Below, in pieces: positions 12,767 through 25,100 of a stretch of DNA of 64,000 nt. The notes under the pieces were generated by a model. That model had not been told where the DNA came from and ran no database searches. It worked only from the letters and a program-made list of their open reading frames with translations. The stretch is taken from NCBI GenBank assembly GCA_001662655.1, contig KV460230.1. One strand, 5' to 3'. The position numbers and the translations under genes are program-made. The stretch is from Pseudogymnoascus verrucosus. Lineage: Eukaryota. The stretch's first letter is position 1, and the number at the start of each line of letters is the position of its first letter.

Positions 12767-13700
12767 CGTTGAGTGTCGTGCTTACACGGTGTTGTTGCTC
12801 TTGGTAATTGACAGAAGAAAAGGAGTGGTAAGAGAATGATCTGAAGACTGAGTATTGTTCTGCATTCATAGATCTGGGCGCTGTTGACAGTATATATATA
12901 CTATTAACTCTAATGTGCCATTGCACCCAGCCCTGTCGGATTGGCCGACCTGATGATATCTAACTCGTCACTGCACGTCGATATTTGTAGGAGGCTGAGG
13001 CATAATCCAGATGACGGCGGCACATGGGGACAGAAAGGGTTAGTGTTCTGTGCGGTTAATACAAAGGCATACAACGTGGCTCTCCCACTCTGTCTTTCTC
13101 CTATACAGTTTGGCCCATACCTTCAATCATCAGGCAGTAACAATCTGGTGGCGCAGCATTGGCAGAGCCCCCGAGCCTCAGAGTCATTGGCCATCGATCT
13201 AGTAGGATTTAGGGATAGAGTGGTGAGACGATAGTCATTTCCTAATTCGATGTAAACGGTGCGCTATGTGTACAAAAGATCCAGTCTTGACCCATCAAAG
13301 GATCTAGGAAGGGCCCATCAATGATCGGCGGGACGGGGAAGGCTGCGACTGAGCGGCACATTTGACCACAATAGGTTAGTCTAAACTAATTGTCCTGTTC
13401 CACCATCGGCCCGGAAAAAGTGTTGTTGCGCAAATCTCATGAGCGGCAGTTTTAACTACAACAAGTTAGCGTATTTCACCGAATTTGTCTTAGTCAGCCC
13501 TTAGTCAGTTTTCCGGAAAATAGTTATTGTGCTCCGATAAGTGGGTCGAGGCTAAGAGAATTTTTAGTGGCGGCCGCCTAGGGGCGCATGCAGGAGCGGA
13601 CGCACGAGCGGGTTGGGGCGGATGACATAATTTCGTCGGCCGCTCTCCAAAATCACAATTACGGGTCGTAGTAAGCATACTCTAATGCTTTTTAAGCCGC

Positions 13701-13748
13701 TGTGAAGCTTTGTGCAGCTTTGTGCAGCTTTGTGTAGCTTTGTGCAGC
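13701..13748. repeat. 10-bp tandem repeat (TGTGCAGCTT-like), about 4.8 copies
   Basis: tgtgaagctt tgtgcagctt tgtgcagctt tgtgtagctt tgtgcagc, in the divergent RTA1/AIF intergenic region. Confidence 0.9.
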
Positions 13749-14134
13749 GCTTGGTGGGGTAAAATAGGGTTTGAGTTTCTAATCTTCCAATTTCACAATC
13801 AAAGAAGCGGCACAATGGTGGTAGGAAGAGTGTCTCAGAGTCGACCAATTTCCAACCTCGGCTAGTGTGGTGTGGAAACGGCAAGGCTAATGGCGAAATA
13901 TGCCATTCTCCAACCTACTTACAAATATCATATGAAGTGCTTTTCTTACAAATATCAATCCCCTTTATGAATTGGCTCTCAGGATAATTTCTATATAACA
14001 TTGGAATTCTCCCAGTTGTCTCTCTATTTCACTCTACCCTCATCAAGAGATTCTCACAGGCCAATCATCACCCACTCCAATATCATCCATCCATCAATCT
14101 TGCATATTCGCCACCCTCCATCCTAACATCCACG

Positions 14135-15319
14135 ATGGCCACCAAATCCAAAGTTCACGAGATCGTCATCTTAGGGTCTCATTTTTCAGGCCTAGGAACT
14201 GCTCATTCTCTCCTCCGGGACATCATCCCCACCCTCTCCAAGCAAACACCAAATGTCAAGTATCACGTCACAATCGTTGCCCCGCACACCGAGTACTTCT
14301 ATAACATTCCCGGCCCGCGCTACTTGATTGGAAAAGAGTTGATCGACCCAAGCAAGCTTTTCTTTCCAATTGCAGGAGCATTGAAGGAGTACAAGGCAGA
14401 CCAGTATGCCACCGTCCAGGGGAAGGCGACTGCTGTGGACCACCAGAGGAAGGTCGTCAGTGTTGTGTTGCAAGACGGGGCAACACAGGAGATCGAGTAT
14501 CAGAGTCTCGTTGTTGCCACAGGCACAACCTCGAACTCAAAGCTCTGGCAGATAAACGACCACGAGGACGCCACCAAAGCCCTGTATGCCTCAGTTCAGG
14601 CAGCGCTTCCAACCGCAAAGCGAGTCTTGATTGCCGGTGGCGGGGCCGTCGGTGTCGAGACAGCTGGTGAAATCGCTACCCATTTCCCCAAAGCCGAAAT
14701 CACCATCTTATCTGGTAACGACAAACTTCTCCCCCGTCTTGTTCCTGGAAACAGTTCCTCCGCGGAGGCAAGGCTGGGCGCTCTTGGCGTCAAGACTGTT
14801 CACAAGACCCGAGTCAGGTCCGCCGCAGAGACCGCAGCTGGCGCCACAACTGTGGTTTTCAGTGACGGAACCACTCAAACAGTCGACGTGTACATCGATG
14901 CCACCGGCGGCAAGCCAAACACCTCTTTCCTTCCGCCGGCGTGGGTGGACGCCAAGGGCTACGTGATTACCGACGGCGGCAAGACCCTCCGCACCCCCAG
15001 AGCAGGCGTATACGCTCTCGGAGACGTGGCCGACTACAGCAACGGATCGCTTATCGACGCAATGGCATCTATTATACCCGTGGCAACCAGTATCGGCGTT
15101 GATATCGCTACTGAAGCTGGGAAGGGGGAGCTTTTCAAGCAGAAGATTTTCAAGGGCATGAAGGGCACTCAGATTGTCCCGACTGGACCTAGCTCGGGAG
15201 TGGGACAGATTATGGGATGGCGTGTTCCGGGGTGGCTTGTTTGGTTGATCAAGTCGAGGACGTTCTTTTTGGAGAAGGCGGAGCCGAATTGGAAGGGTTT
15301 GGAGATTGCGAAGGCTTGA
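14135..15319 (+). CDS. AIF/AMID (FSP1)-like FAD-dependent pyridine nucleotide-disulfide oxidoreductase
   Basis: Intronless 394-aa ORF with N-terminal IVILGSHFSG (FAD), LVVATG, NAD-binding LIAGGGAVGVETAGEI, DATGGKPNTSFL and VYALGD motifs. Confidence 0.9.
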   Translation: MATKSKVHEIVILGSHFSGLGTAHSLLRDIIPTLSKQTPNVKYHVTIVAPHTEYFYNIPGPRYLIGKELIDPSKLFFPIAGALKEYKADQYATVQGKATAVDHQRKVVSVVLQDGATQEIEYQSLVVATGTTSNSKLWQINDHEDATKALYASVQAALPTAKRVLIAGGGAVGVETAGEIATHFPKAEITILSGNDKLLPRLVPGNSSSAEARLGALGVKTVHKTRVRSAAETAAGATTVVFSDGTTQTVDVYIDATGGKPNTSFLPPAWVDAKGYVITDGGKTLRTPRAGVYALGDVADYSNGSLIDAMASIIPVATSIGVDIATEAGKGELFKQKIFKGMKGTQIVPTGPSSGVGQIMGWRVPGWLVWLIKSRTFFLEKAEPNWKGLEIAKA

Positions 15320-16704
15320 GAGTCGGTCGTGGTGGGAGTTCTAGGCGTTCTACTTACTATGCTGGGGGTGTTGTCTATCTGTTTTTGTTCAGCGATAGTT
15401 GGTGTGTTGTAACTTGAATAATCGCGCTTCTACTACGGTGGAAATAATAGAGTCTACTTTGTTCACCCATACGAATCAGTATCCAAATCCGATCGTGTAC
15501 TACCTGGGATGAGTGATTTTGATTCGTGCACAGTTCCTTGTGATGATAGCTCCCTGGCAACAATGCCTTCATTTACACGAGTGATTTTACTCGCCCGTGG
15601 CCATTTTCTAGCCAAGGTAGGCATAGGAAATACTGCGGGCCGTCCCGCACATCGCTGTACATCCACGATAATCTTACCCCTTTCCCGCCAGAGTACTCTC
15701 ACTTCACACAATACTTCTCAGGCACACAAAAGTAATCAGATGTCCACCCATTCATTACTAACAAAGCAACAAAGACTACGCGGCTAACTTCAAGGGAGAG
15801 ACTGATCGAATAGTATCTCGTCATCAACATCGCTTCACATTTCCCGCAAATCACGTTGGCATTTTGTCCCCCTTTCCTTCCCCATCTCCACTCCGTCTGT
15901 CATTCATCCTGGGGGACTCGCCATGATACGGACCAATCATAGCTTCACTTGGTCCCCGTCGTGTCTGGTATTCTTTGCCTCTCCTCCATTACCCTTCTAT
16001 CGAGCCGTCACACCGGCTTTATCCATGCTGTTGTCGTATCCTAGTATGACTAAAGCAAAAAGCTCGAGTCATCCGAAGCTATTTTCCTTTCCTGATGAAA
16101 AGTCCTGTTTGCACCCCCCACTCCGGTCCCCACCGAAAAACAAAAACAAAAACAAGCTAATTTAGAAATATTGCTGAGCACAAACCTCGCACATCCGGGC
16201 CAAGTATGGCCTTTCCTGTTCCCACCCGTAGACTCCGTGTTTTCTCATTCCGATATTCCCATTTTCCCCCTACTCCTTTCGCCATATTGCGTATGCGCAA
16301 GCTATTTGCCGCGTTTTCCCCTTTGATTTGTTCCATGTTCAATGTTTTCCTACAATCCGATGCCCAGTATCATAGTTGCGAGAGAAATGAGATTTCGATC
16401 TGCTGGATGATATGTAGAGACGCAATAAGAACGTAAAAATAGGCAAGAAATAGTATATTTTTCAAAAATCCGCCGCTGAAGCAAAGTATGAAAGTGCCAT
16501 CGAACCGTGTTGTTGAAGTTGTCGTGGCATAGAGCACTAAAGCGAGCGGCTGATCAAAATACATGATAGTACTCGAACACATCCTCAGGGTCCAAATACA
16601 AGCCAGGGATGCCGGGTTCGAATAGATTGGCCTGAGAGTCAGGCAGTTTCAGGTCATCCGGGATATCACCTCGGTCATTTGACCTACAGGCCATTTGTGA
16701 GACA

Positions 16705-19102
16705 TCATGAAGTATTTATCTCGGAGTGCACTATCGAGGTACTTGGATAGTAGCCCCTGGAGGTTGGCACGCCATCGAAGCGCCCGCAGTTGCGCCCAAA
16801 TGAGTCTTGTGTGCCATTCGAGAGGCTCGGGAGACTGAAGCCGGTGTGGTGCTCCTGCTTTACCCGTCCTGGGTAGCTTGGGGTTGATAAATGGCTGCGA
16901 TCATCCCGGTGAGGTTGGTAAGGCGGTAAAGCGTGAGAGCGCAGAGTGCTGCCAATGCTGCCTTCGTGCACTGAATGTGGGTAATAATAGTACCCCTCAA
17001 GGTCGTGAAAGGATTTTTCCTCGTCTGCACCCATCATCGGCTCATTGGAGACATCGATGCCTGCGCTTGACAGATATCGCCGTGATCTGGAGGCATCATA
17101 TGAGTTGCCGTAGCCACCGCCTGACATCAGACTAGACCCTCCAGAAAGTGATATATCGCCAGAGCGTCCCCCAAGGCTTCCATTTGAACTATAACCGCCA
17201 ATACTACCACCTTGGTCATTGGCGCCCCCTGGGCCTGCGCTGGAATTGCTACCTCTTCTGTCTGCATGGTAATGGCCTGGCGACCGACCACGAACGACCA
17301 TTTGTGCGGATACCCGCCGTGCAATCTTAGCCCACCTCCGGTCACCGTGTTGAGAGCCCAGGTCGGCATACAACTCAATAATTAGATGATAGTATTGCTG
17401 GCGAGCTCGTCTTTTGCCATTATTGGCCGTTGCCTGCTTGAACTGAATACGCTCAAAGGTACATTCTGTAGGTGGGCGGGTTGAGACCTGGGCGTAGTTT
17501 GGGTCGAAAAGCGGGCGCCCTCCACTTGAGAGGGTACCATCGGCATTGATCCCATTGTATAGTGTGGTATTGACAGGGCGAGGCAACAAAACGACGCGAT
17601 CTGGTTTCATTTGAGGTCCTTTGTCGCGCTTCGGTGTATGCTGAACCAACTCGATAGGCTTTCCATGCTCTCCGTCAACGACTGCAGATATCGACATTGC
17701 AAATGCTTGTATTTGTGTTGATTGTCCTTCTTGCATAAGATGCATAGTAGTTCCTGTTGGCACGCTTGGGTGTAGCGTGTATGAGCAACTAATTTGGAAA
17801 TAATTACGCCTGTAGCAAGTCCAGTCGTTCTCTGCCAAAAAGAAGCCTTTGTCTATCTTTCCAATGATTTCTGGTCGGACCTGTTGCCCATCTGCAGTTT
17901 GGATATTTTGGTATAACAGCTCTGTCGGGTTCAATGGAGGGGGGCCGTTTGGATTATTTGCGGGTTGTGGGCTCTCCATGCCTTGCGGGCTAGTAAAACC
18001 ACTACTAGATGTAGGTGACATCTGCATGTTCCTCATTGAGCCAGCTGGCGGCGGCGAACGAGTTAACAGCTCAGAGTGGCGCCGCAGTTGCTGGGAATTA
18101 GTATTGTACGGATCTCGTGCCGACATGGACGAGGAAAGTTGCGGGAGATGGGGAGATCTAGACGGTGGGAGCATATCTGGGTTTGAGCTACAAGTTCAAT
18201 TTATTAGCTTTGCTCTGGATTGGTTAAAGTATAAGTGGCAATATTTGGGTAACGTACAAGGAATTGAAGTTTTGCTTGATGTCGGGCAGGCAATAGCTCG
18301 AGAGGTTTGAGGGGAGGTACGAGGGAGAAGTGTTAGAGTAAGATGAAGAGTTGGTCAGTGCTGGTGGGAAGACGTTCGGATAGAAAGGTACTGTCGAGGG
18401 CGTCGATGAGGCAAGGTTTGGTTCACCAGAGTATACAGGACTATGCTGCGGTGTACCTTCGGAAGTAAATCTTGACGCACGGGTTAGCCCAGGGCCGATA
18501 AAAAAGTATGCAGTTCACCAAAGCTTTCATGGACGAAAATAAAACACCAAAAATGACAACTACGTTGGGTTCGTGATACGACACACAGCCTTAGTCTCTG
18601 TGCTCTCCCGCATGACATACGTGGCTGCATCAGACTGAAAGCGAAGCCCAAGCTGTGCAACAAAGGGGGTGTAAAATGACAAGTTGCCTGGATAGAACTC
18701 GCTGTCAATCCTAACATCTACCAACTGCGGGAAGTCAGGCGGCAGCCGGATGAGATGTCCTATGACGGGACAAGCCTCATGAGGCGGAGCAGGTAGGGGT
18801 AGGAAGTGCGGGAATATCGGCATGTTAATGCCCAATGCCAGATCTATCAGTGTGATTCGGATCGTGGACAATAGCAAACGAGGGTGATAAAAGCCAATCA
18901 ATCAGCGCGCTTACCGTGCATCATCTGAGGCAGGGATGCCCATATACCGCAATCCCATCCCGGATGGCGCTGGTTGTTGTTGGTGTGTAAATTCGTGTCT
19001 GAACGTGCTGTCAGGCTCAGCGTCTGATCCGATGATAAATGATGAAGATTGAAGGCCGGGATAAGCGTTAAGATCTTGTATATTACCAGATTGCGTAGAC
19101 AT
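16705..19102 (-). CDS. NDT80/PhoG-family transcription factor (Ndt80/FSD-1/NdtA-like)
   Basis: IDKGFFLAENDWTCYRRNYF, ELVQHTPKRDKGP, FERIQFKQATANNGKRRARQQYYHL and VRGRSPGHY are hallmark NDT80 motifs. Proposed exons 19102-18915, 18470-18258 and 18187-16705 join in frame; the 5' exon is less certain. Confidence 0.93.
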
Positions 19103-22100
19103 GAGATGATCGTATGCCAGTGCAGCCGGTTGAAGTGCTATATCAAGAGGTCAGCGGGGTTGCGACCGTGGCTTATAAAAATGCAAGGCGAGATGGTCGC
19201 GTTGAGCTGGAGCAAAACTCCGGATCTTCAGCAGCCACGTGGAATATCACACCAATAGACCCAGCGACATGAGTTCTACTCCTCACGGAGCTTAAAAGCA
19301 GACTCCGAGCCCTATTGGCAACACCCGAATGGCTATGAAGCATGAAAATACCGCTGCTAAAAAAACTGATGATGGAGAGTAGAAAACAACCAGGGACGGG
19401 TTACCCAAATCGGCAGGATGCGAGGTTAAATCTGAGGATGCCTAGAGACCCATGCGAACGAAAGCAAGAGGGCTCGAGAGAAAGTACATTGAGTGCGCAT
19501 GGGCTGGGGGGTTCGTTCATAGGAAAATAGATCGTTAACTACTCACTTTCGGTCATTTGAAGCCCTGCTAACCAACGTGACCTAATTCCTGCTCGTTCCT
19601 TGTAGAAACCCAGGCGCGCCAATTTCAACAGATATTGTTTGGCTTCGAGTCAAGGCGTACCGGGCCGTAATGAATAAACGGCGGCGGTATGGGTGGTGTT
19701 TGAGAAGTGATGGTTGTCACCGGTAGGCCGCCAACCCGTAAGCCAGCCGCCTTGAGTGGCTGGAGCCCGGTCCTCTATGGACGGAGGGAAGAAATGTGTT
19801 GTATTGTTGTGGTTTGCGGGTTGCTTATGGACGGCGGATGAGAAGAAAACAAAACAAGTGAGACGATTGGCGGGCCGCGAGGGAGTGATATGAAGGTGGT
19901 GTGGCTTCGAGTTTGACTTGATATTCGCCCAAGGAAACCCTGAAGAGGTTGTATCGGGGCGTCACTCGCGTATTTTGAGGTTGGTCGACGACCTCGACGA
20001 AAAGGTGACGGCGACGAGCCCAGAGGGAGGGGGGCAGCCAGGTCACTTTTTAAGAGTACCGGTACCAGTACACACACACAGTTATGGCAGCTAACCGTCT
20101 AATAGACTTGACAGCCCTGGGTATCAGCAATGTCCCTTATTGTCGCAATGTCACGACGTGTTTGGGTGTTTGGGTGTTTTTGGGCGGCTAATTGGCTGAA
20201 CGAAGACTGGTCGGAAAGTATGGGATCTGGGCCTTCGCCTGTAGCTGCACAGCCCTTCAGCCCAGGTTATCTTGTTGTGTGAACCGGGTTGCCAGAAAGG
20301 GGATCAATCCCAGCAACTCAAAGGCCCCCAAGTACCTTTTGTTTCCCCGCCCCGTCGAGTATAGGGCCTCGAGAAGGGAACGGAGCTCTCAAGAGCTAGA
20401 GAAGCAAGCAAACTTGACGCCAGCTTTCGTTGCCGTACCTTTGGCGAGAAGATGATCGTAGTCGATGGGTTTTAAAGCCAACCCGGCAGAGTATGTGGCG
20501 TGTATGTTAATCGCCCCTTCGCATGTAGTGTTATCCGCCGTGGGAATCTGACCTGTAACTTAATCCTATGACCCTGGCTTCTGTGCCTTTTATGGCTTCT
20601 CTGGCGAGAATGAACAGCCCCTCAATAATAAGGAATGGACAACGATGACGACTATAACTCTTCCTCTCAAAGGTGAGAAGAGAGATGGAAGATGCGACAG
20701 TGGGTCCTCTTTCTTCTTCCCCCTCCACACTGGTGGCGAGATTTCCCCAGCGTAGTAGGTTGGCGATCGACTCGATCGAGAGATTTGAGTGTGTCCGATG
20801 CAGTCCGTCGCACAAAAAAGCCCTCCCTGGGTTTATACCGGGTTTATACCGGGTTTGTTCAATTTTGGGGTTGGGTATTGGCCCCGGGCGAGGTCTAAGG
20901 CTGGCGAATCTAATGGCAGCGAGCGAGTGTGGCTGCAAGGGTTGGAGACCCAATCGTACGTGCTGCAATGTGCGGTACTGTATGCACGTATGCAAAATAC
21001 CAACAGCGGTGTAGAGGTTTTGCTTGCTTTGCTTCTTAAGTCCAAGGCGTAGGCGTCAATACGTTGTTGTTGTTTGTTGGTTTTGAACAGGGTCGAATGA
21101 GTTGAACTGGGTTGGACGGGTTGGGTGGGTTGGTTGAATCCAAATGAAGCCAATACCACCCTTGAGCGATTCGACGAACAGAGGCTATGGTATAGAGAGT
21201 ATATAGACAGAGTATGGATAGTATGGAGAGGGCAAAACTCTTTCCACCAAAACCCGGTCTGAAGGCTTCCGAATAGTCCTCAGATCATATGTTGTTGCTG
21301 TAAGGCTGCGAGTGTGTAATGTGCAATGTGCAATATGCAATATATGCGCCAGCAACACAAGCCTGATACAACAGTGCGTTGGTGAGAAAATAGATATTCT
21401 CAGCCACAAAAGACAAGCGATGGCAGAGATCTGTTGCAACAAAAAAGCAATTGATCAATATCAAGGCGAATCTTTTGTGCAGAATGGAGGATGGCCGTTG
21501 ACTTTATGTTATCCTGGTGCACATCATAAACATCCCCCCCATCCACTAGCCACCCTCTCTCTCAAAAGGCTGCAAATCATAATAGAGGCTAAGCACGTGG
21601 AGCACCGTTCCGTAAATAAATCTTATGCAGGCGTGCGCTTATCTAACTAGCCCCCTTTCTCCAGTCTGAGGGGATTTTATCCATCCCTCGCTCACCGACT
21701 GCCTCAGTTGCGGTGAATCTTCTCGCAATTGGGAAGTCCGACGACAGAAGGGCACAAGAGCGGCAGATGAGACAACCTGAAAACAGAAAACAGCACTAGA
21801 CCGTAACTACGATCTAGAAAGCTTCGTTGCGCAAGATTCAATACTGACACCCACAAATACTGACTGAGACACCGTTTTGAGAATGAGAGTGGATGGGAGG
21901 GGAGGGAAGGGGTTGGATGGATGTGAGCTGAGGCTGAGGGCTGGGGGTGGGGGGGGAGGAGTAGGAGGAATCTGACTGAGATGTCCGTTGACGTTGAGGG
22001 TGATTGAGACCGAGGGGGCAAGGTCGTCTCTTTGCACCCATACCCATGCCATCCATCTCCGATCCACATCCACAGCCTCACCAACGATGAAGCAGTAGTG

Positions 22101-25100
22101 GTACTGCAGCGCAGAGGTATCTGATCTACAAAGCGTAAGATCGTCTTTTGACTGATGCAGGACGAAAAGGCGCGCATGGGGGAAGCATGGGGGGGAGGGT
22201 GGATTTCAGGGTAGCGGGTGCCATCATCCTTGCATTTCGAGTGGATTCGTGATGCCTCCTCATACACACACACCTATGGGGCTAAAAGATCCAAACGCCT
22301 GGTGTCGCTGGCCACTAAGAAAGCATGCACTGTGCTGTGCATAACAGGGCAATGACTCCCTGTACGTGCTGGTTCTGGGAAAACGGAAGGTGAAAGGGGG
22401 GGTGGGGGAGGAGTGCTAGGGCCAACCTAACAGCGGCAACAACAGGTGCTGCTGTATGAACCTTATTCTGGGACTGTATTTGAAAATTTCCATGGGTTCA
22501 TTGTTACCTCACAGCAGTTGGGTCAAATACCAACATTGCTGAGACCGTTAGTGAGCAGTTCAGTGGAAGTTCAGTGAGAGAGAGGCCCTTTCTCCAATTT
22601 GTGCCCTCGAGCACTGGCCAGCTCAACCCTCAGTATTCAGCCCTAACTTTTGATCCAGGTCCACAAAATCTATAGATTCTAGTGTCATTGATCTATGATC
22701 TACGCCTTGCCGTCGCCCACATCATTATTTCCATTTAAATTGCTACCTGGACGTGGGAGTAAAATGGTGGCGCCACTGCCCACGACATTCCATCCTGGGA
22801 GGAAAACTAGGCTATTACTTACCCGTTTTTCAACCAAGCAAATGCCGTGTGTGCATCAAGTGTGCGTCAAATATCCACGTATGCCTAACAACCCGGCAAG
22901 CCCCAACGTGTTCTTTCTCTCTCTTTTCTTACTCCTTACGTGAAAGAATTGGTCGGATCCCGGTTGATAGGCGCCCTGTGAAGTGGGATTTGCCGAGCAG
23001 AGAAACGTTTCCAGGTAGGATCAGACAGGGCCGATTGCTACGAGCCATATAATCCATACGCATATGTCTCTCCCGCTCCAAACTATCTGTTCATTGGCTA
23101 ACTCTGACGGCTCCTGCCAAACTTGCAGGGAGTGGAAAGCATCAAAATCATATCCTACCTGACATGCCTTGACAGATCCGGCGTCATCTTCCAACCTAGG
23201 CCCATTCCAGTCTCTTCTTACCACACATCTGGTACTGATATCTGTGGAGACAGCCCGTATTAATCACTACCCCATTTTTTAGCAGGTATGGCTGCATCTT
23301 AGCCACCCTGATAGATTGCTTACGTCCTCCACTATCATTTCTACTATTGCAACTGGTTTTCCCGGCTACTGGATTGCACCCACATACTACTGAACCTGCA
23401 AGAAGTGGCATTGCGCCTACTATACTTCACAGGGTTTGATTACCGGGAATAGCTGTCGGGTGAGCCTGATTGCCCGGTTATGTCTGAGACTGAGGGAGAG
23501 CTACCCGCACGCCACACTCGTTCTCGTAGTCTCCAGATAGCAAGCTAGCGATTCCAGCAAGCTCAGCAGTTGCCAGAAAGGACATACCGTCCCCTACACC
23601 GCCCTGGTTTGAAACCTCTCCCACAATAGGCGCGGCAGGGTCCCGTCAATGTCTGCATAGTAGCCACGCCAAGATTACAACTCTCAACGATGACTTGGTG
23701 CTGTGTTCTGCATCTCCAGCACCTGCTCTTCGCTGTTTATGCACTGGGGTGGAAATGCACTGCATGGTGTATTTGTTCGGGTCTTGCTACCATCTATCAT
23801 TGTGCCTGTCTGTCTCCATGAGGCCCAGAGCAATTTCCTACACATCGCTCACCTGCTTGCATGATGTTTCTCAGAAGCTTGCCATCCACTGAATGGCAAG
23901 ACATAGCCACCGCACAATGAAACTACCACATCGGTACTATACTATACACTCGGAATGTATTTGTGGTGTTCGGGTATGCGCTGTACCTCAACTCGTCCTC
24001 CACGTGAGCGATAGAGCTGTGACTTTCCTCTCCGCATTCCTACATTGGGAAACGCCCAGCTGCAAACACAAGCACACCAACACATTCTTGACCGGTCGCT
24101 TATAATGATTTGTATACGTTGATAGACAAACAACGGGCCATCTAATCAAAACAATGTAATTCATCAGGCAGAAAAGCGTGGATTTGCAGCCAGCCTTCCG
24201 TCCGACTCCTGTACTCGGTAAACACCCTTGCCTCCTTGCTTACAGGCATACTTACAAAGTACATTTGGCCTCGAGTATGCAGAGAGAAAGTAAGCAGACG
24301 GGAAAGACATACAGACAAAGCCGTCTACAGACCGGACCCGTTGCCCCGATAAAGGCATCCCGACGGGACTACATAGTACTCCCGGCTTATCACACGGAAC
24401 GGACCGTGAGTCCTGCTCATAACGTGGATGTGGTGAGTGCCATGTTAAGAGACTTGGAGGGATTTCAAAGCATGAAGGGTTGACGTGCATGTTATACTGT
24501 CAGATCACGATATGTTCAAATCAGCCTTGGAACTTATTCTGGAATTCTGAACGTCGCACTGCGCCGGCACACTCTCCCCAGCCTCTCGTTGACTTCATTT
24601 AGACCTGTAACCTCAGATCTTGTATGATGCGATCCATCGGAAACTTGCCCCCAACAAGTCTGGTGGACCAGCTCATGGGCCATCCTCCCCCACAGCCATG
24701 CCAAATCACGACCCAGGGATGTTTCCAATACAACGGTGTTTTGGTACAGCTGGAATGCGACATACACACCTCTGCGCGGGCTTCATTGCCATCCAATCGC
24801 AATACATTAAACCAACTCAAGGTGAGGGGGTCTCAGTGCTAGGCTCGGGCGCACCCTTTCAAACAAAACGTCGGGGTTGGCTGCATATCAGCCTACGATA
24901 ACCCTGGCTGGTCCAACACTGTTGCGTGCCCCCGTCCTAAATAGGTAAATCCGTCACATATAGTGGACATTCCGGAGATATTATTATTGAATCACAGCGG
25001 AGCAAGCCTAGGGGATTATTTAGCCAACTGGAGCTTGTGATTGAGAAAAAAAAATGCGGCATGCTACAGGAGATGAGCTATGCAGTGAGCCGTTAGTTTG

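Noticed and set aside
14135..15319. AIF-like flavoprotein as the flavin reductase partner of the halogenase
   Set aside because: It is 13 kb away, separated by an unrelated TF, and belongs to a different family from known halogenase-associated flavin reductases.
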